From NCBI GenBank assembly GCA_030749075.1, contig JASMKR010000004.1, positions 15,232 through 79,231 on the forward strand: 64,000 bases of DNA. Reading direction: 5' to 3'. The translations under genes were made by a program, and so were the position numbers. The notes below the pieces were generated by a model. The model saw only the letters and a list, made by a program, of their open reading frames with translations. It was not told the origin of the DNA and made no database searches. Below are positions 40,599-50,594 of this stretch, one piece after another (positions within the stretch are counted from its first letter, which is position 1; every line of letters starts with the position of its first letter). The DNA is from Candidatus Thalassarchaeaceae archaeon (GTDB taxonomy: Archaea > Thermoplasmatota > Poseidoniia > Poseidoniales > Thalassarchaeaceae).

Positions 40599-41588
40599 TC
40601 AACTAGCATGGTTGAACAAATCCGCGCCCAGTAGGGGTAGGAGGATGCTGGCCTCCCCTTCGACCACGACCTGCGGTGCTTGGGGACGGATTTTCCCCCA
40701 CGAGACCGCCTCGCGAAGGCGTGCCCCTGACAGGGAGCCGTCGTGTTCGGGAGCAGTGGTAATCGAGACCGCCGAATCCATCCCCCCCCTGAACTGGTTC
40801 CACCAGATCACGTGATGCTTCGAGATCCCGCCCCCAACCATTAGTCCATGACTCTCTTCAGCAGTCCACGTTAGGTCGGAAAGCACCTGCTCGTCGGCTA
40901 GCAAGTCAATCATGAAACCAGGACTCCTCTGCCGATGCATGAACAGCTGGGACCCTATCGATCCGTCGGTCAGGCCTGGGACGACCATAGGGATTCGATG
41001 CTTGGCGACCCAGTGGAGCAGCGATGACTCGTCCTCGATGCGATCTCCCATGGCCCAGCACAACTCGACCGAGCCGAAGCCCAGCCAAGGGTTCGCACCA
41101 GATGCAGACAAGCGCTCTGACTCAATCTCTCCTAGCCAGGGGAGCACGGTCTGCTCTATGATCTCGCCGTAGCAGTCGTTGGGGATTACTACGTTTCCTA
41201 GTCGGTTGAGGCCCTCTTCTCCCAGAGCGACGTCATCGAGGCTGAAATCGCCATGGAAGTAGTCACGGTAAGTACGGGCGATGTCGTGGTCGAGAGTGCC
41301 GCAGGTTGTGATGACTACGTTAAACGCCTTGCGCTTGAGTGCCTCGATGAAGAAGCCGCGCGTGCCGGTGGCGCACAGGCAGGCTGGGAATGATACCCAG
41401 TTGAGAACCCGTTCCTTGCCGACCTTGGCGATGGCTTCTCGAAGGATGTCTCGAGCACGAGCTAGTTTGGTCGCCGTGAATCCGCCAGCGCGACCCATCT
41501 GGTCGATCAGAGATCCCACGTCACCAGCGGCCGAGAAGTCGTAATCCTCGACAGGAAGGTCGAAGTCATCCCGCGAGTATCCGGCCAT
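40599..41588 (-). CDS. dys: deoxyhypusine synthase
   Basis: GGFTATKLARA.DIL... TGTRGFFIEALKRKAFNVVITTCGTLDHD... VPGLTDGSIG ... GGGISKHHVI. Confidence 0.92.
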   Translation of the reverse strand: MAGYSRDDFDLPVEDYDFSAAGDVGSLIDQMGRAGGFTATKLARARDILREAIAKVGKERVLNWVSFPACLCATGTRGFFIEALKRKAFNVVITTCGTLDHDIARTYRDYFHGDFSLDDVALGEEGLNRLGNVVIPNDCYGEIIEQTVLPWLGEIESERLSASGANPWLGFGSVELCWAMGDRIEDESSLLHWVAKHRIPMVVPGLTDGSIGSQLFMHRQRSPGFMIDLLADEQVLSDLTWTAEESHGLMVGGGISKHHVIWWNQFRGGMDSAVSITTAPEHDGSLSGARLREAVSWGKIRPQAPQVVVEGEASILLPLLGADLFNHAS

Positions 41589-41613
41589 GGCTCCTCGCGG
41601 TGCTCATTTGCCT

Positions 41614-43890
41614 TCAATTGGTCGCATTCTGCAGTTTGAAAATCCTGTCACGCAGACTAGCCGCTCGCTCAAAGTCCAATCTGGCAGCGGCTTGTCGCAT
41701 CTCCCTCTCAAGACGGGAGATGAGCTCGGTAGGATCCTCCCCTTCCACCCTCTCAAGCGCCTCGTGGGCCGCCTCGACCCATTCGGGCTGGCTCACGTTG
41801 TCTAGCACGGAGTCCGACGTGTTCCAATTGCCGGCTCCGAGCCTGAACTTCTGGGCGAGACCCTCCAGACCCTTCCTGCCCCGGGGCTTGGCAACCATGC
41901 GACGACCTCCTCCCCTGCCCGTTCCCGCGACACCGGAGAGTAGGTCCTCGACCTCGGCCCCCATCACCGGAAGGGCCTTCTCTATCGTCTTGGGGATGAT
42001 TCCGTTCTCCTCGTTGTAGGTGTTCTGCATCCTCCTGCGCGCGATGGTCTGGCTGATGGAAGCCTCCATCGCCGGCGAGATTGTGTCGCCATACAGGATG
42101 ACCGACCCGTTCGAGTTCCTAGAAGCCCGGCCTATGGTCTGCAGCAGCGAGCGCTCGTTGCGCAGGAAGCCCTGCTTGTCGGCATCGAAGATCGCCACTA
42201 GGGAGACCTCGGGGATGTCTAGGCCCTCGCGCAGCAGGTTGATTCCCACGATGACGTCAATGTGCCCCAATCGAAGCGCCTTGATAATCTCCGTACGCTC
42301 GAGCGTGTCAATCTCACTGTGGAGGTAGTGCGCCTTGACGCCAACCCGCTCTAGGTATTCCGCGACCTCCTCTGCGAACTTGATCGTCATTACCGTCACG
42401 AGCACGCGCTCTTTGCGCTCGACGCGCTCTTTGATCTCGCTGAGCAGATCCTGCACCTGTCCCTCGGTCGGCCTGACCTCAATGCTCGGATCTAGCAGGC
42501 CCGTGGGGCGGATCTCCATCTTGGCTACCCCTTGTACCTCTTTCAGGACCGCCTCCATGCTGACCCTCTCTCGGGGCCTGTCCTGCTCCGCGGCTCTCGC
42601 GCCGCCACCCCCTTGGATGTGCAATAGCCCCCCGGGGACCTCTTGCCCTGAAATCTCGGCCAAGTGCCGCAACTCGCGCTCTCCGGGGGTCGCGCTGACA
42701 TAGATCATCCGAGGGACCAGATTCTGGAACTCGTCGATGCGAAGCGGGCGGTTATCGTAGGCAGAGGGCAGTCGGAAGCCGTGGTCGACGAGGTTCTTCT
42801 TACGTGAGAAGTCACCACCGTGCATGCCTCCGACCTGAGGCAGGGTGACGTGGGATTCGTCCATGATGACGAGGTAGCTCTCGGCGCCTCCGTGGAACTG
42901 CTCTGCATTGCTCGCGAAGAAGTCCAGTAGGCAGTATGATCGCTCGCCGCGGCTGCGCCCGTCGAAGTGCATCGAGTAGTTCTCGACTCCCTTGCACGAC
43001 CCGACCTCGTTGAGCATCTCGAGGTCGAACTTGGTGCGTTGGGCCAGTCGATGCGACTCGATGGCATTGTCCTTGGACTCAAACCAATCGATGCGGGCTT
43101 CGAGCTCGGCCTCGATGTCGTCGAGGGCCCGTTTGAAGTGCTCCTCGCTGGTCATGTAGAACTCCCGTGGATGTATCCAGGCCTCCTCAAAGTCGTCCAG
43201 CGGCTCCCAGGACACGGCCTCGCACACCTGGATGCGCTCTACGCCCTCCCACCCGAAGCGGATGCGCAACGGGTCGTCCCTGCTGGGCATCCAAATGTCC
43301 AGCACCTCGCCACGCAGGCGGATGTCCCCGCGTGCGATCTCCTCAGTGGTGCGGCGGTACTGCAGGCTGACCAGTTCGCGAACGACCTCCTGCGGGTCGG
43401 CCTGCTGGCCGACATGTAGACGGAGGTGATTCTGCTGGAATACATCTGGGGGGTTGAGTCCGTAGATGACCGAGACCGTGCCGATGGTTATTACGTCAGG
43501 GCGCGAGACGAGTGATGCTACCGTGGAGAAACGCTCCTGCTCGATGCGCTCGTTCATCTGTAGTTCCTTGTCGATGTATAGGTCACGTCCGGGAATGTAG
43601 GCCTCTGGTTGGTAGTAGTCGTAGTAGCTGACGAAGTACTCCACCGCATTCTCGGGGAATAGCCCCGACATCTCCTGCCAGATTTGACGCGCCAGCGTCT
43701 TGTTGTGAGACAGTATGAGGGTAGGTATCTGCAATCTCTCGATGACCTTGGCCATAGCAAAGGTCTTCCCTGAGCCAGTTACACCTAGCAGTACGCAACG
43801 CTCCTGACCCGCCTCGAGCTGCTCGACCAATTGGTCGATGGCTTGCTGCTGGTCCCCGGCGGTGTCGTATTCCGCGTGTAGTCTAAACAT
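41614..43890 (-). CDS. uvrB: excinuclease ABC subunit B
   Basis: FRLHAEYDTAGDQQQAIDQLV, GVTGSGKTF, DESH, helicase motifs and the C-terminal UVR motif LEREMRQAAARLDFERAASLRDRI. An extra Gly/Arg-rich segment of about 70 aa precedes the UVR domain. Confidence 0.95.
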   Translation of the reverse strand: MFRLHAEYDTAGDQQQAIDQLVEQLEAGQERCVLLGVTGSGKTFAMAKVIERLQIPTLILSHNKTLARQIWQEMSGLFPENAVEYFVSYYDYYQPEAYIPGRDLYIDKELQMNERIEQERFSTVASLVSRPDVITIGTVSVIYGLNPPDVFQQNHLRLHVGQQADPQEVVRELVSLQYRRTTEEIARGDIRLRGEVLDIWMPSRDDPLRIRFGWEGVERIQVCEAVSWEPLDDFEEAWIHPREFYMTSEEHFKRALDDIEAELEARIDWFESKDNAIESHRLAQRTKFDLEMLNEVGSCKGVENYSMHFDGRSRGERSYCLLDFFASNAEQFHGGAESYLVIMDESHVTLPQVGGMHGGDFSRKKNLVDHGFRLPSAYDNRPLRIDEFQNLVPRMIYVSATPGERELRHLAEISGQEVPGGLLHIQGGGGARAAEQDRPRERVSMEAVLKEVQGVAKMEIRPTGLLDPSIEVRPTEGQVQDLLSEIKERVERKERVLVTVMTIKFAEEVAEYLERVGVKAHYLHSEIDTLERTEIIKALRLGHIDVIVGINLLREGLDIPEVSLVAIFDADKQGFLRNERSLLQTIGRASRNSNGSVILYGDTISPAMEASISQTIARRRMQNTYNEENGIIPKTIEKALPVMGAEVEDLLSGVAGTGRGGGRRMVAKPRGRKGLEGLAQKFRLGAGNWNTSDSVLDNVSQPEWVEAAHEALERVEGEDPTELISRLEREMRQAAARLDFERAASLRDRIFKLQNATN

Positions 43891-43899
43891 CGTTTGGCC

Positions 43900-44856
43900 T
43901 CAATCCGACATTCCATCGTTGTAGTGCTCCACGATCATGAGACTAGATAACAAAACCCATCCAGTGAGCATGGAAGCCCGGAAGAGTGCCTTCTGATAGC
44001 CCCCCATCTCCTCGTCCGACTCCGTAGCAGACTGCGCCCCTTTTGTCATTACGAAGATGTTGACCAGCGCCATCAGAACCACAGATGGGACCCAGAGCGT
44101 GGAGCGGAAGCTACGCGTGCCCGTGAAGTCATGCAGCCCAGTCAGCAAGAAGCAAGCCAACCAGCCTATGGTCAGAGCCACACTCAGCCTCATGGTCGCC
44201 ACATGTCCGTGAATCGCCGGGAAGGAGCGAATCCCCTGCTCGCGATCAACATCTTCGTCCATCAGGGCGTAATTGATGTCAAACGCGGCAATCCAAAGCG
44301 CTACTCCCAACGAGATGAAGAATACCTCCGGAAACCACAGGAAGGCGGTCTGCCCATCCAGCATTCCGGTAATGGAAGCCCAACCATGGGTGTCCGCGGC
44401 TATGGCGACCCACGCCCCTGCTGGCGCGAGTGCTAGGCACATCCCTATCCAGAAGTGGCAGATCCAAGACACCCTCTTGGTGTACGGGTAGATTACGAAG
44501 GCCAGAACCGGTAGCCAAGCCATCTTCAGTGCGACCTCGTTCAATCTCCATGCAGCGAACAGAAGCACCCCCAGAAAGGCACCAGCGAGAATCCAAGCGG
44601 TCTGCACCGACATGGTACCGGATGGCAGGTGCCTCGCAGCAGTGCGCGGATTCTCTGCATCTATGTCTCGATCGACGATTCTGTTGAGAGCCATCGCAAG
44701 GCCCCTAGCACCAATAGCTGCGACGATAATCCAGACTAGGTCCATGCTCTCTGTTCCGAACTCATTGTCAGCCAGCACGTAGCCAATCAGCACGAAGGGA
44801 AGCGAGAACAGGGTGTGCTCCACCCTCACGAACTCCAGGATATCCTCGATCCCCAT
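43900..44856 (-). CDS. ubiA: UbiA-family aromatic prenyltransferase
   Basis: MGIEDILEFVRVEHTLFSLPF...GARGLAMALNRIVDRDIDAENPRTAARHLPSG (NxxxDxxxD motif). ATG 44856 overlaps the ubiD stop (TGATG). The track ORF start at 45054 is an over-extension. Confidence 0.85.
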   Translation of the reverse strand: MGIEDILEFVRVEHTLFSLPFVLIGYVLADNEFGTESMDLVWIIVAAIGARGLAMALNRIVDRDIDAENPRTAARHLPSGTMSVQTAWILAGAFLGVLLFAAWRLNEVALKMAWLPVLAFVIYPYTKRVSWICHFWIGMCLALAPAGAWVAIAADTHGWASITGMLDGQTAFLWFPEVFFISLGVALWIAAFDINYALMDEDVDREQGIRSFPAIHGHVATMRLSVALTIGWLACFLLTGLHDFTGTRSFRSTLWVPSVVLMALVNIFVMTKGAQSATESDEEMGGYQKALFRASMLTGWVLLSSLMIVEHYNDGMSD

Positions 44857-46748
44857 CAGCAGCCCACCTCGGCCAACCAGCGATCGATTCTCAGTACCAG
44901 TTCGGGATCGTGCAGGGTGACCGCGGGCCAGCGTCGTACTGGAAGCGGGCCGTCGTTGGAGGGGATTGGCGCAGTCGCATCCCAAGCAACCCTCCCGCCG
45001 ACCTCGTCGAAGTGCAGGTCCCGTCCGGCGTCGAAGCGACAGAAGAGCTGCCAAAGCAGGCGCCTGCGCCAGTTCTCGCTATCCAGATTGGCATCAGCGT
45101 CGGTGATGAATAGCCAGCGCAGCCCCCTCGCCCCTTCGAGGCCCCAGATGACGTCGCATATCGAGGAAATCCGTTGGCGCTGCTGGGTAGCGAGGAACTC
45201 GTCCGGCTCCTCCATGCTCTCCTCGGGCTTCGGCCCACCTTGGATGCTGGTCGTCACCACCATCATCGACGGCCGCAGCATCCTGGCTTGCTCGATTCCG
45301 TCTATGGCCGATGCCGAGATAGCTAGCGAGTCGCTGGCCTCGATACGCTTCACCTCACCTTGCGGGTCGCCGGAGGCGGGGGTCGTGGCGTCGATGATCA
45401 ACTTCGTGTGAACATTCTCCCAGGGGGCCGCGTGCGCAAGCGTGTCGGCGACCATGCCCTCGAGAAAGACCAAGCCATCGGGTATCCTGACCTTGGTGTC
45501 CAAGGCGTCCAGAAGCGCCTCGAGATCCCTGACGGGGTGATTTTCGTCGACTGCCACGATGACCTTCTGGAACATCATCTGTCCCGCGCCTAGGAGCCCT
45601 AGGGCAGTCTTGCGCGCCTGTCGCGGGTAACGCTGCTTGGAGGCGAGTATTGCTAGGTTGTGGAAACCGGTCTCGAGCGGTAGGAAGAGGTCTGCGACGT
45701 CCCTATGCTGGAATCTGAGGACGGGAAGGAGGGCCTCGCTGATCGCCTCACCGATGAACCCATCCTCCATGGGGGGGACGCCCACTATTGTCATCGGGAT
45801 GCTGGGGTCCTTCCTGTGCGTTATCGCGGTGACGTGCATGACTGGGTACTGCCCCTCCAATGAGTAGTGACCGAAGTGGTCCCCGAAGGGCCCCTCCAGA
45901 CGAGTCTCACTGGGTATGGTGTAGCCTTCAATGACGAAGTCGCACTCGGCGGGGACCCAGAGTTCGTTGGTCAAGCACTTCGCAATCCTGAGCCTACTGC
46001 GAGACAGCAGCCCAGCGAACTCGTACTCCGTCAGGTTGTCAGGCAGTGGCGAGATTGCGCTGAACATGACCTCTGGAGGCCCACCTAAGCAGATGGAGAC
46101 CGGCATCCTGCCGTCCGAGGCATCCGCGTGGTCGGCTCCGTGCTTGTGGGTCTGCCAGTGCAGGCCGACCTCGGTGGGACCGTAGACCTGGCTGCGATAG
46201 ACCCCCATGTTGTGTTCGCCGGTTTTGGGGTCGGAGGTCACCACGAGGGGGAGGGTCATGAACGGCCCGCCGTCCAGCGGCCAAGTCGTCGGAATCGGAA
46301 GGCGGGTGACGTCCGGGTCTTCGATCCTGACTTGCTGGCACGCCCCTTTCGAGACCTTCTTCGGAGCCATCGATATGGCCTCCCTAAGAAGCCTGAGCCC
46401 CCTCCATGGGTACGTCACTAGACTCCCTATATCCGGTTTCATCAGCTCGACCATGCGTTCGCCAATCTCGCTGGGGCTCTCGACCCCGAGGGCCATGTTG
46501 GTGCGCCCCCTGGTTCCGTAGAGATTCATCGCCAGGGGGAACCTGCTGATACTGCCGTCCTCGAGGCGGGGTTGGTCGAACACTACTGCCGGTCCACCGC
46601 GCTTCACGAGGCGGTCGGCGATGCACCCCGCCTCGAACCTGACATCGACGGGATGACTGACCCTCAGCAACTCGCCCCTGTCCTCGAGCGCCCTGATGTA
46701 CTGGGAGAGCCTCCTCCATGCCACACCATGCGGGGGCCCTACCTTCAT
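44856..46748 (-). CDS. ubiD: UbiD-family (prenyl-FMN dependent) decarboxylase with a C-terminal extension
   Basis: LSQYIRALEDRGELLRVSHPVDVRFEAGCIADRLVKRGGPAVVFD...GVYR.QV...HWQ.HKHGA. Start at MKVGPPHG (46748); upstream codons of the track ORF run antisense into the next gene. Confidence 0.88.
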   Translation of the reverse strand: MKVGPPHGVAWRRLSQYIRALEDRGELLRVSHPVDVRFEAGCIADRLVKRGGPAVVFDQPRLEDGSISRFPLAMNLYGTRGRTNMALGVESPSEIGERMVELMKPDIGSLVTYPWRGLRLLREAISMAPKKVSKGACQQVRIEDPDVTRLPIPTTWPLDGGPFMTLPLVVTSDPKTGEHNMGVYRSQVYGPTEVGLHWQTHKHGADHADASDGRMPVSICLGGPPEVMFSAISPLPDNLTEYEFAGLLSRSRLRIAKCLTNELWVPAECDFVIEGYTIPSETRLEGPFGDHFGHYSLEGQYPVMHVTAITHRKDPSIPMTIVGVPPMEDGFIGEAISEALLPVLRFQHRDVADLFLPLETGFHNLAILASKQRYPRQARKTALGLLGAGQMMFQKVIVAVDENHPVRDLEALLDALDTKVRIPDGLVFLEGMVADTLAHAAPWENVHTKLIIDATTPASGDPQGEVKRIEASDSLAISASAIDGIEQARMLRPSMMVVTTSIQGGPKPEESMEEPDEFLATQQRQRISSICDVIWGLEGARGLRWLFITDADANLDSENWRRRLLWQLFCRFDAGRDLHFDEVGGRVAWDATAPIPSNDGPLPVRRWPAVTLHDPELVLRIDRWLAEVGC

Positions 46749-46818
46749 GAGAAGGTTCGCTCGCCACCGTAGGTGGCGCAACCGAGGGTTTCTTTGATGT
46801 CGTCGTGACCCGCTTACT

Positions 46819-48063
46819 GTGGTAGGGGGAGTTACGGTGTGCGACGTGCTGGTCGTCGGAGCGGGACCGGGCGGCGGCAATGCCGCTTTGCAGTGTGCCC
46901 GTCGGGGGCTCCACACGATACTGATAGAGGACCACTCGGAGATCGGCACGCCCGTGCACTGCGGTGAGTGCATCTCGGAGATCGCCTGCGACAACCTAGG
47001 TCTCGACCTGCCCGACCACGTCATCAGCAAGAGGGTCCATGGAATCCGCGTCATCTTCCCTGACGGCATCGAGAAGCGACTTACCGAGGAAGGATATGTC
47101 CTAGAGAAGCACCTGTTCGAGCGATGGATCGCTGATGAGGCAGTAGCAGCGGGGGCCAGCGTCCATCTCAGTCACAAACTGTCCTCGATGAAGCGGACGG
47201 GGAACGGGAGATTTTCCGGCTGGATGTGCGATGGAAAGGGTGAGCAGTTCCCGATCCAGGCCAAGGTAGTGATTGATGCCTCCGGCGTCGCCGCAGTGTG
47301 CTCGAAGACGGTAGAAATCGAACAGGGAGTCCCACTGAACACCATGGGCAAGGTCGTGGCTGGGATGCAGTACGAGATGCTCGAGGTCCCGACCGATGGC
47401 TACCTGGACTTCTACATCTGGCCGAAGTACGCCGAGAAGGGGTATCTGTGGATGATTCCCAAATGCGACGGCAGAGCCAATGTCGGGCTGGTTACAGAGG
47501 ACCGACCTCGTGCCAAGAAGGCTCTAGACGAGTTCATCGAGATCACTCACTTCAAGGGGCTCGAGCAAGTCCCTCCACCTTGGAAGGAAAAGGGCAATCC
47601 GGCATTCGGTGGCACGATTCCGATCTCTGGCCCATTCGAGAATACCCACCATGATGGGCTGATGCTGGTCGGTGATGCAGCTGGCTTCACGTCGCCTCTC
47701 TTCGAGGGCGGCTCGCACCTAGCGCTGAAGTCAGCGGTCTATGCAGCCGAGACCGCCGCTGCTGCCATAGCGGAGGGCGACCTCAGTGCAGAGCGACTTG
47801 CCATTTATCCCAAGCGCTGGAAGGAAGAGTTCCCCCCCTACGCCAAGATCCTGCGAGGCAAGAACGCGCTGTTCGACTTGACTGATGAGGAGATGTCGCT
47901 TATGGCCCGATGCTTCCCAGACGAGATGTCAGACATGGGCGTCTCAGGCAAGGCGATGGTTGGCTTGAGGTTGCTCGTCAGGAGACCTGGCCTCTACTTC
48001 AAGCGGATCGTCCCGGCAATGCTGGCGTTCGGATACAGTCGGGCGAAGTACTACGGATGGTGA
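46819..48063 (+). CDS. geranylgeranyl reductase-family flavoprotein
   Basis: CDVLVVGAGPGGGNAALQCARRG (FAD GxGxxG) ...LMLVGDAAGFTSPLFEGG... GTG start. Confidence 0.85.
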   Translation: MVGGVTVCDVLVVGAGPGGGNAALQCARRGLHTILIEDHSEIGTPVHCGECISEIACDNLGLDLPDHVISKRVHGIRVIFPDGIEKRLTEEGYVLEKHLFERWIADEAVAAGASVHLSHKLSSMKRTGNGRFSGWMCDGKGEQFPIQAKVVIDASGVAAVCSKTVEIEQGVPLNTMGKVVAGMQYEMLEVPTDGYLDFYIWPKYAEKGYLWMIPKCDGRANVGLVTEDRPRAKKALDEFIEITHFKGLEQVPPPWKEKGNPAFGGTIPISGPFENTHHDGLMLVGDAAGFTSPLFEGGSHLALKSAVYAAETAAAAIAEGDLSAERLAIYPKRWKEEFPPYAKILRGKNALFDLTDEEMSLMARCFPDEMSDMGVSGKAMVGLRLLVRRPGLYFKRIVPAMLAFGYSRAKYYGW

Positions 48064-48067
48064 CCCC

Positions 48068-50437
48068 TTGCTCTCGTTGCTTGGGAAGGCCTTGCTATCC
48101 CTTGCGGTCCTGACGAGCCTGCATCAGATCCTGAGGCAAAACAGGGGAGGCGACCCGATGGTCCGACATGTCACCATGGCCTCCCAGATAGCTCCATTCG
48201 TGCTGCTAGTCGCGGCCTTCCTCGTAGAGGCCACGACGCTGGACCTTGTTTCGAGGTACAGCGGGGATGACCTCCCTCTACTCTACCGCATCTCAGCGGT
48301 CTGGGGCAGCAGGTCAGGGCCCCTGCTGATGTGGGCTGCCATCCTGGCGGTGGTGACCTGGTTCATGGCAGCTGATTCCGATCCGATTCCACTAGAGGTC
48401 CGCCTAATGCACGGCTGGACCGCGCTACTCCTCGCCCTGTCCCTGCTTCTCGGGCCCTTCGCTAGCTCCGAGAGCGCAGCGCGCGGCGAGCTCAACCCGC
48501 TGCTGCAGACGGACCTGATGGTCATTCACCCCCCTGTCGTCTTCACCTACTACGCGCTCTGCCTCGCGACAGCCAGCGTCGCGCTTGCCGGGGTATTGAG
48601 ACGTGATAGGTCTAGGGACATCCACGCTGCCCAACTGCACTGGGCGCGCGCTGCCTTCCTGGTCGGGGCTCTTGGCATCGGACTGGGCGGGCTGTGGGCC
48701 TACACGGTGCTGGACTGGGGCGGCTACTGGGCATGGGACCCCGTCGAGACCGGATCCCTGCTCCCGTGGCTCGCCCTGCTGGTCATCGTCCACGGACGTG
48801 CCAAGCCGGATTCCGAGAGCGCCTTCTCGGCATCCCCAGCAATGGGATTGATCGCTGGCGCTCTCGCCATGCACGCCACGCTTGTCACCAGGGCGAATGG
48901 CGTTTGGGCGTCAGTGCACGCCTTCGTCGCCGATGGCGAGGGCGCGCTGCCGCAGGACCCCTACCTCAGGGTGCTCCAGATTGCCGACCTCAGTCCCGTG
49001 GGAATCGAGATTTCGACCTACCTGATTGCCCTGCTCGCTCTCGGTGGCTTCGCCGTGCTGCACCTCCACAGGGAGCAGTCACTCAGCCTCGCAGAGCGTG
49101 GAAGGGCCTCGCTGGCCGAGGCGAACCAGGGCATGGCAATCGCCCTCTTGGTCGCCTATGCCGCCGTCGGCCTGTGGATTGGATCGACAGCGGTCCTCGC
49201 AGTTGGCTTGGCGCTAATGCTGCTTCTGGTATCCGGTGATGCTGAGAATCCCCCCACGCACTGGGTGGCTGGTGGGGTGATGCTGATGCTGTTCGCCAGC
49301 TGGGGCTGGGTGGCCGAGATCCAGCAGGCGATCGCTGGGATGGCGCCCTTCCTAGCAGTCTGGCTGGTCTCCGACGACGATGACGACCTTTCCCCCTTCA
49401 CTCTCCCGTTCACCGACGAGTCGGCACGAGCCAGGCTGGCCAGGGCCGTGCCGTGGTACGGCGGAGCGGCCTACCTACTGCTCACCTGGCTCCTCCTCAC
49501 CGTCGAGATTGACGGCACCAACCTAGCCGCCCACGAGTTCTACGGCGCCCCCCTGATCGGGCTCCTAGCCATCGGCCTCACCACATACGCATGGGGCAGG
49601 AGCCTCCCGGCCAGGCGCGGATCGATGCTCGTGGCAGCCGCGTTGGCGGCTTCCATAGCGCTCGCCGCGCTCTCCGAGTCATTCGGCCTGCCAGGGGACC
49701 CCAACCTCGACGTGACCCCCGGCATCACCAGGGGTGCACTCGCCCTGTTCCTGCTGTCGTGGCTGGCATTCGCCCTGCCCCCGACCGCCCAGCAGCTCTG
49801 GAGCACTGCCAACAGGACCCTGCCCAGGCTCAGGAGAGACGGGCTCGGGGCGCCGAGCAACGCCGCGCGCGCGAGGCTGCTCGGCTCGCACCTCGCGCAC
49901 CTCGGCATCCTCCTGCTGCTCATCGGGCACGTCATGACCACCACTCTGGTGGACCGCTCGGACCCCTCGCACCTGGTCACCCTAGTGAGGGACCAGCCGG
50001 TCGAGCACCGCGGCTACGAGTTCGTGTTCACCGACGTCGAGGTCATCCCGGCGGAGGATGACGCGTACCCCTACTCGATAGGGGATGGGTATCTGGGGGT
50101 CGCAATCGAGGTCAGGAAGGATGGCGATGGGGTCGCTGAATTGATGCCCGGCATGCTCAGGTTCGACTCCCCCAGCGGCTCGGTCTCGGCGCGCTCGGAG
50201 GTCGACAGGATGGTCGGACTGACCGGCGATACGATAGTGATACTCGACGTGTTCCAGTCCAACGACCTCCTGAGCTCGATGATTATGGGGCAGACCGGCG
50301 ATGTCGATAGCGTCCGCGTCACCGTCCACCACCTGCCCGGCAGCCACCTCGTCTGGGCGGGGTGGGTCCTCGTCATGCTGGGTGGCCTGCTGGCTCTGGT
50401 CTCCAGCTGCGCGGTGGGCTCCGATGACGAGGAATGA
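48068..50437 (+). CDS. ccmF: cytochrome c-type biogenesis protein CcmF-like (heme lyase/heme-handling family)
   Basis: Polytopic membrane protein with the Trp-rich heme-handling motif WGGYWAWDPVETGSLLPWL. TTG start 4 nt after the preceding stop. Confidence 0.8.
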   Translation: MLSLLGKALLSLAVLTSLHQILRQNRGGDPMVRHVTMASQIAPFVLLVAAFLVEATTLDLVSRYSGDDLPLLYRISAVWGSRSGPLLMWAAILAVVTWFMAADSDPIPLEVRLMHGWTALLLALSLLLGPFASSESAARGELNPLLQTDLMVIHPPVVFTYYALCLATASVALAGVLRRDRSRDIHAAQLHWARAAFLVGALGIGLGGLWAYTVLDWGGYWAWDPVETGSLLPWLALLVIVHGRAKPDSESAFSASPAMGLIAGALAMHATLVTRANGVWASVHAFVADGEGALPQDPYLRVLQIADLSPVGIEISTYLIALLALGGFAVLHLHREQSLSLAERGRASLAEANQGMAIALLVAYAAVGLWIGSTAVLAVGLALMLLLVSGDAENPPTHWVAGGVMLMLFASWGWVAEIQQAIAGMAPFLAVWLVSDDDDDLSPFTLPFTDESARARLARAVPWYGGAAYLLLTWLLLTVEIDGTNLAAHEFYGAPLIGLLAIGLTTYAWGRSLPARRGSMLVAAALAASIALAALSESFGLPGDPNLDVTPGITRGALALFLLSWLAFALPPTAQQLWSTANRTLPRLRRDGLGAPSNAARARLLGSHLAHLGILLLLIGHVMTTTLVDRSDPSHLVTLVRDQPVEHRGYEFVFTDVEVIPAEDDAYPYSIGDGYLGVAIEVRKDGDGVAELMPGMLRFDSPSGSVSARSEVDRMVGLTGDTIVILDVFQSNDLLSSMIMGQTGDVDSVRVTVHHLPGSHLVWAGWVLVMLGGLLALVSSCAVGSDDEE

Positions 50438-50594
50438 CCCTGAACTGGGCGTCCCAGTATTCGGATCGGTTCTGGCAGTAGCAGCACTGCCCCTAGTCCC
50501 CATTGTCGGACCCAGAAGGGAGAGGCCCTGAGGGCAACCGCACCGTTTGTATGAAAAAGGGAGAGTAGGTCGCGAGGCCGCTTGAGGTGGTCAA

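Noticed and set aside
46749-47069. N-terminal extension of the ubiD ORF (737 aa in the track). The ubiA ORF is similarly extended to 45054.
   Set aside because: The extensions are Arg/Pro/Ser-rich and overlap the divergent GGR gene, or the 3' end of ubiD in the ubiA case. Conserved family N-termini begin at MKVGPPHG (46748) and MGIEDILEF (44856).
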